Shown: positions 1 through 8,720 of the stretch, piece by piece
How the letters are laid out: every line of letters begins with the position of its first letter
Position numbering within the stretch: the first letter of the stretch is position 1
Assembly: GCA_004298405.1 (NCBI GenBank)
Contig: SCSL01000040.1
Location: 1-40,847, forward strand
Origin: Patescibacteria group bacterium
GTDB lineage: Bacteria; Patescibacteriota; Patescibacteriia; UBA9934; GWF2-40-263
Direction of reading: 5' to 3'
DNA: 40,847 bases
The notes under the pieces: model-generated
Told to the model about the DNA's origin: nothing
What the model saw: only the letters and a program-made list of their open reading frames with translations
Database searches by the model: none
Position numbers and translations under genes: made by a program

Positions 1-63
1 GTCCTTGAGTTGCCCAACCGTATCGTGAGCAACCATGGACAGGGGTCTGCCTATGTTTTTCAT
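1..63 (-). CDS. 5' end of an unidentified CDS running off the left edge (MKNIGRPLSMVAHDTVGQLKD...)
   Basis: ATG at 61-63 on the minus strand, open to position 1. Co-directional with mnmA and 61 nt downstream of its stop. Only 21 codons are visible. Confidence 0.25.
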   Translation of the reverse strand, partial: MKNIGRPLSMVAHDTVGQLKD

Positions 64-124
64 GAGAATAGTATCTCATGGAATACAGTTTTAGTATAGA
101 TTAGTGAGGGATGGTATTATTTCC

Positions 125-1147
125 TCAGTCGATGATCCCGCCTCCGAGGATTTTATCCCCGTCGTAAAAGACAATGGACTGACCAGGAGTGATGGCACGT
201 TGGGGGGAATTGAATAGGACTGATACGACAGATTGATCCGATATCGTGATCGTGCAATTCTGAAATTCTTGGCGATAGCGGATACGAGCTGTACAGGTGT
301 GCGGAAAAGGAGGTTTCTCAAACCAGTTGAGTTGTGTAGCCGTGAGCTCTGAGCGATAAAGAGCAGGATGGAAATTGCTCGCGACAACGAGCTCGTTTGT
401 CTCAAGCCGTTTTTCAACGATGTAGTAGGGCGTTCCGCCACCGATCCCAAGCCCCTCGCGCTGACCGATCGTATAAAATGCAAGACCTTCGTGTGTTCCA
501 ATCAATGTCCCGTCTACCGTTACCACGTTGCCTGGATTTTTTGGAATGCGTTCTTGGAGAAAACTTCTCATGTCCACTTCTCCGACAAAACAGATTCCCG
601 TTGAATCTTTTTTGTCGGCGACGTCTAATCCGAATACTCTTGCTTTCTCTCGCACCTGCGGTTTCTTCATTTCACCGATGGGAAACAGAACACGAGAAAC
701 CACATCTGGTTTCATCGCCCAAAGAAAGTAGCTTTGATCCTTGTTTGGATCCAGGCCTGTGTACAGCTTTCCGTCAATCGACCGCGCATAATGACCCGTC
801 GCAACAAATGCACAGTCAAGTCGGTCGGCCTCACGCACAAAGCGGTCGAACTTGATGTGCTTATTGCACAGAACATCCGGATTAGGGGTACGTCCTGCTT
901 CAAATTCGCGGAACATGTCATCAATCACGGCCTCGCGGTATTCCTTTTCAAAATCAAGTGTCACGAACGCGATCCCAAGTTTGGCAGCCACACGCATCGC
1001 GTCGCGCTGATCTCGTCGCCAATCACAACTCGACCAATTCTTCATGAAAGCCCCCACGACTTCGTATCCCTGTTCAAGTAAAATCCCCGCGGACACACTT
1101 GAGTCCACGCCGCCTGACATGCCAACTAAAACTTTGGACTTGTTCAT
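125..1147 (-). CDS. mnmA: tRNA-specific 2-thiouridylase MnmA
   Basis: 340-aa ORF with PP-loop VLVGMSGGVDSSV near the N-terminus. Cys contexts NPDVLCN and STGICF are present, and the length and layout are typical of MnmA. Confidence 0.93.
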   Translation of the reverse strand: MNKSKVLVGMSGGVDSSVSAGILLEQGYEVVGAFMKNWSSCDWRRDQRDAMRVAAKLGIAFVTLDFEKEYREAVIDDMFREFEAGRTPNPDVLCNKHIKFDRFVREADRLDCAFVATGHYARSIDGKLYTGLDPNKDQSYFLWAMKPDVVSRVLFPIGEMKKPQVREKARVFGLDVADKKDSTGICFVGEVDMRSFLQERIPKNPGNVVTVDGTLIGTHEGLAFYTIGQREGLGIGGGTPYYIVEKRLETNELVVASNFHPALYRSELTATQLNWFEKPPFPHTCTARIRYRQEFQNCTITISDQSVVSVLFNSPQRAITPGQSIVFYDGDKILGGGIID

Positions 1148-1158
1148 GGGCGCGAAGA

Positions 1159-2466
1159 CTACACGAGTCCAGCAAATTTGCCAACATCCTCACGATGCAC
1201 AAAAAAATCCGTAAACTGGAGTTTCTCATTATATTTTTGCAGGAGATCCGAGTACTGGAAAACGGGCACCAACTCATACCCACTGATTTTTTTCTTTTTC
1301 ACAAAAATCTTCTGCGTCTTCTCCGGTGCTTCGCCTAAAAAGGTCAGCTCTTTTTTTATCGAGTGCGTAAACCATTTGATTCCTGCCTTGTCGCACATCG
1401 ATGTAAGTTCCGCGAGTGTTTGCCGATCCTCTTCTTTGACAACGTCATGCAATCTCAAAATGCGTTTCGCCGCCAAGCGACGCATGAGGTGAGTAGACCA
1501 GTACTGTCTCTCATCGCGCGCCGCCTCAAAGAGCTGTTCAATCACGGCCCCATCATGAAGCGCGGCATAGGCATGAGGTTGCGTTGGAATCTGTAAATTG
1601 ATTTCCCCTTGAATAATCGCCTGCTCGAGATAATGCGTAAACCCCATTTTTGTCTTGTGACAATACACTTGATCGATCATGTGGTAGCGGGCGAGTAAAA
1701 CGTCCTCAAACGCGCGAACGCCGTTTTCAGATATCGTGAAGACGAGACTCCCCTCGTGCTCTTCCACGCCCATACTCGAGATGAGCCAGTCGATATCATA
1801 TTGTCCGTACGCCACTCCGCAAAAATAACTATCACGCAAAAGATAATCCATGCGGTCACAGTCGACCTCGCCGGAGATGAGACCCTTGAGCACTTTTTGT
1901 AAACCTGGGACCCGAGACTCCAGTGCGATCAACCAAGCTGACGCGCGTACGTCTGCATGAACAAGCGAACAAATATCTTGAGCCATCTCTGACTCAAGGA
2001 CTCCATCGCGCACAAGCGTTTGGATCAAGAGAACACTGTAATCCTCATGAACGGCTTGTCGATCAGCAGGTTCACCCTTCCATGCAGACCAATCAATGGG
2101 GAGCTCTCGAAGATTTGGAAACACCACCTCGGAGGCGTGTGAAAACGGACCGTGCCCAATATCATGAAGGAGTCCCGCCAGTCTAACGCGATTTCGAAGT
2201 TCTTCTATTTCCAGCTCGCTGAGTCGGGAACAGACATCCGATGCACTCTGGATCACACGACCAAAAAGCCGACCCGCCACATGCATGGCTCCAAGCGCAT
2301 GACTGAACCGATCGTGTACAGCCCCGGGATAGACATAGGCCTGAATAAATCCAAGCTGGGAAATAAACCTCAGTCGTTGAAAAAACGGGTGATCAATAAT
2401 CCCCCGCTCAAATTCATTGAACGCAATACGTTTGTGGATTGGATCCCGGAGCTCGTAGTTGGACAT
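1159..2466 (-). CDS. HD-domain phosphohydrolase, SAMHD1/COG1078-like (putative dNTP triphosphohydrolase)
   Basis: 435-aa ORF. The N-terminus DPIHKRIAF..IIDHPFFQRLRFISQLG..YPGAVHDRFSHALG parallels the SAMHD1-type HD core, and the HD motif LLHDIGHGPFSH is present. Confidence 0.85.
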   Translation of the reverse strand: MSNYELRDPIHKRIAFNEFERGIIDHPFFQRLRFISQLGFIQAYVYPGAVHDRFSHALGAMHVAGRLFGRVIQSASDVCSRLSELEIEELRNRVRLAGLLHDIGHGPFSHASEVVFPNLRELPIDWSAWKGEPADRQAVHEDYSVLLIQTLVRDGVLESEMAQDICSLVHADVRASAWLIALESRVPGLQKVLKGLISGEVDCDRMDYLLRDSYFCGVAYGQYDIDWLISSMGVEEHEGSLVFTISENGVRAFEDVLLARYHMIDQVYCHKTKMGFTHYLEQAIIQGEINLQIPTQPHAYAALHDGAVIEQLFEAARDERQYWSTHLMRRLAAKRILRLHDVVKEEDRQTLAELTSMCDKAGIKWFTHSIKKELTFLGEAPEKTQKIFVKKKKISGYELVPVFQYSDLLQKYNEKLQFTDFFVHREDVGKFAGLV

Positions 2467-2764
2467 AAGGATGGTGAGAAGCGATGTAGTGTGGGCTCAA
2501 GGATAAGGCTCAGGAGACCTTCCGAGCGGAGGAGAGACCGAAGGAGCGAAGCGAAAAATAGCCGAACCAGTCGCGTAAGTCGAGACCTCTCTCGTTGAAG
2601 AACCCAATCTTAACTTGGTTGCCTAACGAACCGACGTCGTTGGATCGAGATGGCTTCGTTGATCTGAGACACTGTGTGGTGATATCCAAGTTCTGAATCA
2701 TCTTCCACGAGCGTTGTTGGAATTCCACGAATCGACGTTGGGGTGACATGAAGCACGACTCTTT

Positions 2765-5008
2765 TTATTTAACGTCTTGCTCGGTTTTCGTCATCTCACA
2801 CAGTGCCTCCACGTCTTTTTCCAATTTCTGGAAAGAATAGTCCACCATTCCCTTTTCCACTTGCTCTGGCGTAAAGACCTTATGGAGATCTGGTTCTGAC
2901 AAAAAGGAACCAACGGGGCTTTCACCTTCCTCAAGCGTTCCCGCAAAGGAATAATCAGAACCATCAACCGTGAACCGCGTCTTTTTTCCCACAGCAAGTT
3001 CTGGTGATACTTTTGTCCGAATCTTCTGTTCCCCTTTTCGAATATTGATTCTTCCCCCATCTTCAAGCGACACTTCGATCGTCGTGTACAGCTCCGCGGG
3101 CCTTGCATCCTCAGTTTCTGCGGCCGGTTCTGCGTCTGCTTCAGCTGGAGGCATTTCTACATGGAGTGGACGTGGGACGCGAGGTGACAAGTAGCCGATC
3201 TTTTTTGGTGTTATTGGTTTGGCTCCTTTCAAGTCTGGTGCACCGTCAAGCAAATGGAAGTAGTCGAAGATCGCCCTCACTTTGGCTCGATCTGCTTGAT
3301 CCACCTGCTTGAGATAGATGTCGATCTTTAATTTGATCCATTCGGAAAACGACTCAACCTGAAATGCCTGGTTCTGTTTTTGCAAGCGATCCTTAAATCC
3401 CTGCATCCAACTCTTAATCTCACCAAGCGTGATGGTAGAAGATGACAGTGTCAATAATTCGCCTGTACTCGCATCAAGGGTGATATTACCATCCGAGTCC
3501 TCTACAAAACGCACGGCATTTGTAGGAATACTCTCTGAAGATTGGTTTCCGTAAATAAAACTGTTCTGCAATGTCTTAACCGCATTGGCCAAACGCCAAA
3601 GCGTGCTGTGTCGTGGATCCGCTCCATCCTCGATCAATACATCCTTAGCCACAACCACACGACCATCCGGCAGCGTTACTTTTTCCGCGTCTGCGAGTTC
3701 ATGTTTGACGTAGGCCGGCGTCAACTCTTTTTCTGCAATGGGGATATGCTTGTTCTCATCCAGAAGCGCCCCGAGCATAAACTCGTATAGCTCTGGACTC
3801 TGCGCCGACTGGTCAGGATAGTCTACGATAATTTCCGCAATTTCGCGACGCATGGCTGGATCAACAGCACGACGGTCTGGGTAACGTGTGCCGACCGGAT
3901 TCGTCGTCCAAATAGCGGCTGCACCTGGGAGAACGGGATGGCCATAAAAATCGTCTCCTGGCCCCTTTTGGCGAGCTTTTTTAATGATTGTATACGCTTT
4001 TGATCCAAGACGACCTGCCTCGTCAAAACGAGCGACTCTTCCCTTGAGATGAGATGGTTTCTTCTCTCGTGAATTATTGAATCCAGTAAACGCTCTCATG
4101 AGTGGTCCATATTCTTGATAACTACCACCTGTCTCGCTATCAATAGCTGTGTCCATGATTAATTGCTTCTCACCCGTGGTCGAAACACAGTCCACTTCCG
4201 TGGGTGGACTATTTGTAAGCTCCAAAGCGGCCGCATCAGCTTGATCAGACTTCCCTGTTCCTGCTTCCCCAATCAGAACCGGCCAGCGGCCATTTTGCAG
4301 AGCCGCCACAGTATCCGTATGGATTTTTTGTCTGCTTGGGAGCCAAACGAATCCTTTTTTCAATTGATCACGATACTCAACAAGTGTCTCGAATTGAAAG
4401 GCCGCAGCAATATCTGTGTTTTCAGCTGTAGGATGAACCTTTTCAAGATTGAGCTGCTTCATGTTTTCCCGTTGGGTCTTAAGCATGAGCAATCGATTCG
4501 CCAGACGTTCTGCCTTGGACTTCGCCGCTGAAATGTTCGATTTTCCTTCGACCGTCCTTAAAAACAATGCCTGTTCTACCTTTTTGAATTCCTCTTCCAG
4601 ACCTTCAATTTGTTCATTCAGGTGCTTCCATGTTTTTCCAAGATCAGACATGCGATATGATTTGGTATCTACTCGAGCCTCTGAATATGTCTTTAAGAAA
4701 AGGTCTTTTGTTTCTCTATCCTCAAACAACACCTTAATCTCGGTAATCAAATCCGCATTTACTCCAGCCTTCTTGTCGGTCACATAAGCCATGACCTTTT
4801 CATACAAAATATCGGCCTTTTCTCGGGGAGTCCGCGATCTTGACTCAGCATTTGGAGAAGATTGATACGTTGCTCGAATCTCTGCTTCTACTTCCGGATC
4901 ACTTTCATGACCCGCGAGAATTTTGCTCTCGATATACCGTAAAATGGCCGATGCTTTCTTTTCGAGCTCAGGGTTAAATTCTCCACGCGATACTCTTTCA
5001 GGAGCCAT
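2765..5008 (-). CDS. Large AAA+ ATPase with one AAA_5 (MoxR/CbbQ/NorQ/McrB-like) module and long N- and C-terminal extensions
   Basis: 747-aa ORF with Walker A GEAGTGKS (res 247-254), Walker B VARFDEAG (325-332), sensor-1 IWTTNP (366-371) and DPAMRRE (383-389). The N-terminal ~215 aa are coiled-coil-like and the C-terminal ~350 aa are unassigned. Confidence 0.75.
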   Translation of the reverse strand: MAPERVSRGEFNPELEKKASAILRYIESKILAGHESDPEVEAEIRATYQSSPNAESRSRTPREKADILYEKVMAYVTDKKAGVNADLITEIKVLFEDRETKDLFLKTYSEARVDTKSYRMSDLGKTWKHLNEQIEGLEEEFKKVEQALFLRTVEGKSNISAAKSKAERLANRLLMLKTQRENMKQLNLEKVHPTAENTDIAAAFQFETLVEYRDQLKKGFVWLPSRQKIHTDTVAALQNGRWPVLIGEAGTGKSDQADAAALELTNSPPTEVDCVSTTGEKQLIMDTAIDSETGGSYQEYGPLMRAFTGFNNSREKKPSHLKGRVARFDEAGRLGSKAYTIIKKARQKGPGDDFYGHPVLPGAAAIWTTNPVGTRYPDRRAVDPAMRREIAEIIVDYPDQSAQSPELYEFMLGALLDENKHIPIAEKELTPAYVKHELADAEKVTLPDGRVVVAKDVLIEDGADPRHSTLWRLANAVKTLQNSFIYGNQSSESIPTNAVRFVEDSDGNITLDASTGELLTLSSSTITLGEIKSWMQGFKDRLQKQNQAFQVESFSEWIKLKIDIYLKQVDQADRAKVRAIFDYFHLLDGAPDLKGAKPITPKKIGYLSPRVPRPLHVEMPPAEADAEPAAETEDARPAELYTTIEVSLEDGGRINIRKGEQKIRTKVSPELAVGKKTRFTVDGSDYSFAGTLEEGESPVGSFLSEPDLHKVFTPEQVEKGMVDYSFQKLEKDVEALCEMTKTEQDVK

Positions 5009-5078
5009 AGGAATTAGGTTATTGAGTTTATAAGGCGAAAATTAGATGTATATGTTCTTTGTACGCACACTAAAAATA

Positions 5079-7736
5079 TCAAACCCGCCTAAATTCAGCA
5101 ATCGTGCTCTCAATCACTGCCTTGGCGCTTTCTTTCGCGCGAGCCGGAAAGAGACGGATCGCCTCGGCAACAAGATGTTTAGCAACGATCGCTGGCAGAT
5201 CGTCGATGGTCTTTGCAATATCTCCACGACTGTATGGCGTATTATAAATCACAGGCACGGTACTTGCCGTCTCCGTGAGACCAATCCCCACAACAACGGC
5301 TCCAAGTTTCCCAAGCGCCTCAGCATATTCCTGCACTTTGGATGGACTGTCCGGTCCTCCATCTGAACACGCAACGACGAGTCGCAGACGTTTTTTCATC
5401 GAAACACCCTTTTTTTCTAATGCTTGCTCATCAAGAATTTGTCCATAAATATAGTTGAGCGCCTCCACATCCCCGTTACTATAACCTTGATCCGTAAGAC
5501 TGTGCCATAGCCTCACTTTGTCCTGTGGTAAAAATTTTGGAGATAATGGCTTGTCGAGATCTATATCCTCTTCTCCTGAACCTCGAAAGGAAATCCCCTC
5601 TGTCCTGACGGATAATGATTCCTCACTGGGAATTCCCGCTCGCTCGAGCGCCCGTTGAAAGCGATGAAGGGAGGAAAAAATAAGATACTCCGCCCGTCGT
5701 TGCATCTTCCAAAGTTCCTCGCCCTCGACGGTAGAGCTCATTGAGCCGGATTTGTCGCCAATAATATAGAGATCAAACCCACCAATGGACGGCTCCACAT
5801 CTTCCTCATCCTCAATTCGCTCGCGTGAAACCGGGTCGCTGTCTCCAGATGAGATGCCAATCTTGTGTCGAACAATTTCTTCTATCCCCTCACCGCCTTC
5901 CGCTTTCCGAACCGGACTGTCATATTCTTCCACAACAACTTTTCGCGACTCAACAATAGCATTAAACAACCGCGAGAGGACGTCGACGATACGCTTTCCA
6001 TTGGGAAGACGCGTATCCTCGGCAACATCAATCTCTTTGACAATCTGACGTGCTTCCTTCAGTTCAATGCCGGTCACTCTAGAGAGCTCTCGTTCCTCCC
6101 GTGTATAGCTTAGTTGTTCTTTTTTCTCCGCCAGTTCCTTGCGCAGAGCCTCCAACTTCTCATCACTGATTCGCTTCGCCTCTTGTTTGCCATAATCGCC
6201 GGGGACTTTTTGTTGAGAACCCTTTGTTTGCTCTTCTTCAAGGTTTGGATCTCCCGCAGGAGTCGCATCGATCCGTTCCCATCGGAGCGTTGTTTCATCC
6301 CACACTTCACTCCAAGCATGTCCCGTACCGGAATGAATTTCTGAAGCACCCGTCGCATTCTTGCCCTTCACGCTATGACCGACGACTTGACGAGTGGCAA
6401 TATTTAATTGCGCGCACAATGCGGCAAAATACGTGTTGGACACATCACAGTCAGCCATTTGATGTGTGTCGATGGATCCAAAATATCCGCGAGGATCAGA
6501 ATCGTAAATCGCGTTAAGTGAGCTGTCGTTTGAATAGGTCAAGTGCTGCTGTGTATAAGCCGCAAGCGCCCATGCCTTGGCAAGCTTCGTTTTCTTGCTC
6601 GAACGGATCTTGGCAATGAACTGTTGCGTTTCTTCTGAAAACTGAACGGGCATGTTTGGCACCTTGACCTTGGCGCGATCAACCGGCCCGTGTATTTTTT
6701 GCGAAATCGGGGCAAAGACAACTTTCACCTCAACGATTCCAGTGCCCTGCACCATGATAACAACGTCTCCATTTTGATCCTGTTGTAAAACGTAAGGAAA
6801 CGCACATTCGACTTTTGAAATTCCGTGCGTGTACGGACTCGGGACGCTCACCCATTGGTTGGCGTGCAACTCCGAGTGAACTGTAAAGTTGATTCTCCCC
6901 TTTTTTTTGTCCTCGTTTTCACTCAGGGGAACCATCTGGACGTCATGATACTCATAGGAGGGCTCGACCCAGGTATTGCGTCTTGCATCCCACACGGACA
7001 ATGATTGTTCTCGAAAATATCCTCCATACGCTGGGAAGATCGTCCAAAAAGCGGGGGCACGCTCCCCTTCTTTCAGCCGATCCATTTCATCCATGCTTGG
7101 CTTGCTTTCGTTTCTGCGTGAAGGTGGATTCTTTGATTGCCCGTTCAACTTTTCCTGACGAGCTTTCCTCACATCGTCGGGCATCAGATTCCCCTCACGC
7201 TTATCCAATGCACGCCGGCCGGCGAGGTATCCTTCAAAACGCGTGTCGAGGCGGTTGAGTTTCACCTCCCATGATTCCGTTGTTGATGTGAGAACATCCA
7301 AATCGCCTGATTCGATTAAATCAGCAAGTTTTACTCTCGTTTCCTCGAACTTCGGTTCGTAGGCGTTCCCTCGCAACTCAGAAATAACCCCTCGATACAA
7401 GTCGGCTACGCGTGGAGAAAATGCCCTGCTTCTCAACTCGGCCTCATCAAGCAGTCGGCTCTTTTCCTCTTCTTTTTCGCTATCCGGAAATGGTGAACGA
7501 TTAACCGAATCGATATCTTCAAACACTTGATAAAAACTTGGAAACCGATGTGCATACAACTTGGCACGCACATCAATAAAATCCTCGACCGTTTCAAGGG
7601 CGGCGGCCGCATCTTCAAAACTCTCGCCCAAAAGAGCGGCTTCATGAGACCGTTCAAGAACACTTGCTGTGTGGAGCGTCTCGCTGACTTTGGGCGCTTC
7701 AACAGGAGGAACAAACCCTTCCGGAGTTTCTCTCAT
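5079..7736 (-). CDS. Transglutaminase-like (Cys-His-Asp) domain fused to a C-terminal von Willebrand A domain
   Basis: 885-aa ORF. The TGase core is ADC(430)DVSNTYFAALC ... GH(473)AWSEVW ... RID(490)ATP. A Glu/Lys coiled coil follows. The vWA MIDAS is D661-K-S-G-S665, with SDGG at 791-794 downstream. No signal peptide or TM segment is seen. Confidence 0.8.
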   Translation of the reverse strand: MRETPEGFVPPVEAPKVSETLHTASVLERSHEAALLGESFEDAAAALETVEDFIDVRAKLYAHRFPSFYQVFEDIDSVNRSPFPDSEKEEEKSRLLDEAELRSRAFSPRVADLYRGVISELRGNAYEPKFEETRVKLADLIESGDLDVLTSTTESWEVKLNRLDTRFEGYLAGRRALDKREGNLMPDDVRKARQEKLNGQSKNPPSRRNESKPSMDEMDRLKEGERAPAFWTIFPAYGGYFREQSLSVWDARRNTWVEPSYEYHDVQMVPLSENEDKKKGRINFTVHSELHANQWVSVPSPYTHGISKVECAFPYVLQQDQNGDVVIMVQGTGIVEVKVVFAPISQKIHGPVDRAKVKVPNMPVQFSEETQQFIAKIRSSKKTKLAKAWALAAYTQQHLTYSNDSSLNAIYDSDPRGYFGSIDTHQMADCDVSNTYFAALCAQLNIATRQVVGHSVKGKNATGASEIHSGTGHAWSEVWDETTLRWERIDATPAGDPNLEEEQTKGSQQKVPGDYGKQEAKRISDEKLEALRKELAEKKEQLSYTREERELSRVTGIELKEARQIVKEIDVAEDTRLPNGKRIVDVLSRLFNAIVESRKVVVEEYDSPVRKAEGGEGIEEIVRHKIGISSGDSDPVSRERIEDEEDVEPSIGGFDLYIIGDKSGSMSSTVEGEELWKMQRRAEYLIFSSLHRFQRALERAGIPSEESLSVRTEGISFRGSGEEDIDLDKPLSPKFLPQDKVRLWHSLTDQGYSNGDVEALNYIYGQILDEQALEKKGVSMKKRLRLVVACSDGGPDSPSKVQEYAEALGKLGAVVVGIGLTETASTVPVIYNTPYSRGDIAKTIDDLPAIVAKHLVAEAIRLFPARAKESAKAVIESTIAEFRRV

Positions 7737-7786
7737 AGATGTGAAATCCTCTGATTGTGCCTGGATGAATTGACGATACTAAGAAG

Positions 7787-7815
7787 AGTTTATCCACTTT
7801 ATTCTGGTTGTGCAA
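7787..7815 (-). promoter_or_regulatory. Candidate sigma70-type promoter for the TGase-vWA/AAA module
   Basis: Minus strand reads TTGCAC-N17-TAAACT, about 50 nt upstream of the ATG at 7736. It is a sequence match only. Confidence 0.25.
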
Positions 7816-7928
7816 CAGAGTTATTCACTTTAGCCTGGTGGTTTATCCTACTGGAGGTAATCGAGGCATCATCGCAGTGCCGCAGTTGCAATCTCATTCC
7901 GTTGGTCCTTACACGTCTCTTGTTAGAA

Positions 7929-8703
7929 TTAGGAAAATTTTCGAACGGAGGCGATACCGAGGTGTCTGAGCTGAACGCTGTCGTCCCAGTAGTAGATACT
8001 GAGACCGCCCATATCGAAGCCCCCGACGCTGATGTGGTCGCCGTCCAAGTCGACATCGCTAGTGCGGACGTCTATCGCCCCGAACAGACGCTCCCCCGTG
8101 GCGAGGAGTGTGTAGGATCATCGTGTAGATGACCTGTCTCGCTGAGGGAATCTCCTCAATCTCTGGGTCGATGAGCGATTGCTGATCGCTCCAATTCCTA
8201 GAGAAACTATCTTCAACAGCGCTTTTGTGGATGAGCCGCCAACAAGCATCTTGGGTGCGTTTGGCAAAGTCTTTACCCCTTACCTCGAGCATTGAATGTC
8301 TGTGAAACGCACCTATATACTTCTGTTCCAAGTCCAGGATCGATGTTCCGATGTCTGCGATAAGGACGTGTGTGTCGGCACACTCCCGGAGGGTTTCAAG
8401 AGAAAATGGGATGGTAGCAAGCGCTTCTTTTTGCTCGTGGGTTAGGATACCCAAATGTTCTTCAACCTGGGAGATCCCTAGGAAGTTCCTACCCATAATC
8501 TCAGGGGCAAGTGAGGTATTGACTCTTTCTTGAAGTGCTTGGGTCTTTTCTGAAAGTCCTCGTTTGAGTCCTTGAGCCTTCAAAATGTCCTCAGACTTCC
8601 CCAAGGAAATCGCCAAGTCATACGCAACACCAAACTCTTGCTTGAGGGAACGGATTTCCTCGAGCGAAGCCTGGGCACTTAGGCAGGTTGATGAGTCGGG
8701 CAT
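7929..8703 (-). pseudogene. Orphan protein, paralog of 27908-28960; the reading frame is interrupted and needs a +1 shift between 8062 and 8117
   Basis: The 214-aa ORF (8059-8703) stops at TAG. The next frame, open from 8117 to TAA 7929-7931, encodes ...DVDLDGDHISVGGFDMGGLSIYYWDDSVQLRHLGIASVRKFS. This matches the paralog C-terminus ...DSDGDPHVFSVGRDDDGSWLYSLW...FVFRLRKS. A G5 run (C5 on the plus strand, 8093-8097) lies in the switch window. Confidence 0.55.
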
Positions 8704-8720
8704 AGGGAATTCTTACGTGC

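Noticed and set aside
2510-2749. 79-aa minus-strand ORF between the AAA gene and the HD gene
   Set aside because: It has no Shine-Dalgarno, no recognisable motif, and overlaps repeat-like sequence. It is kept only as a possibility under the spacer finding.
7755-8132. 125-aa plus-strand ORF and 85-aa minus-strand ORF (7799-8056) in the spacer below the 214-aa gene
   Set aside because: Both are low-complexity (for example TWTATTSASGAS..) with no motifs. The third minus-strand frame explains the region better, because it is homologous to the paralog C-terminus.
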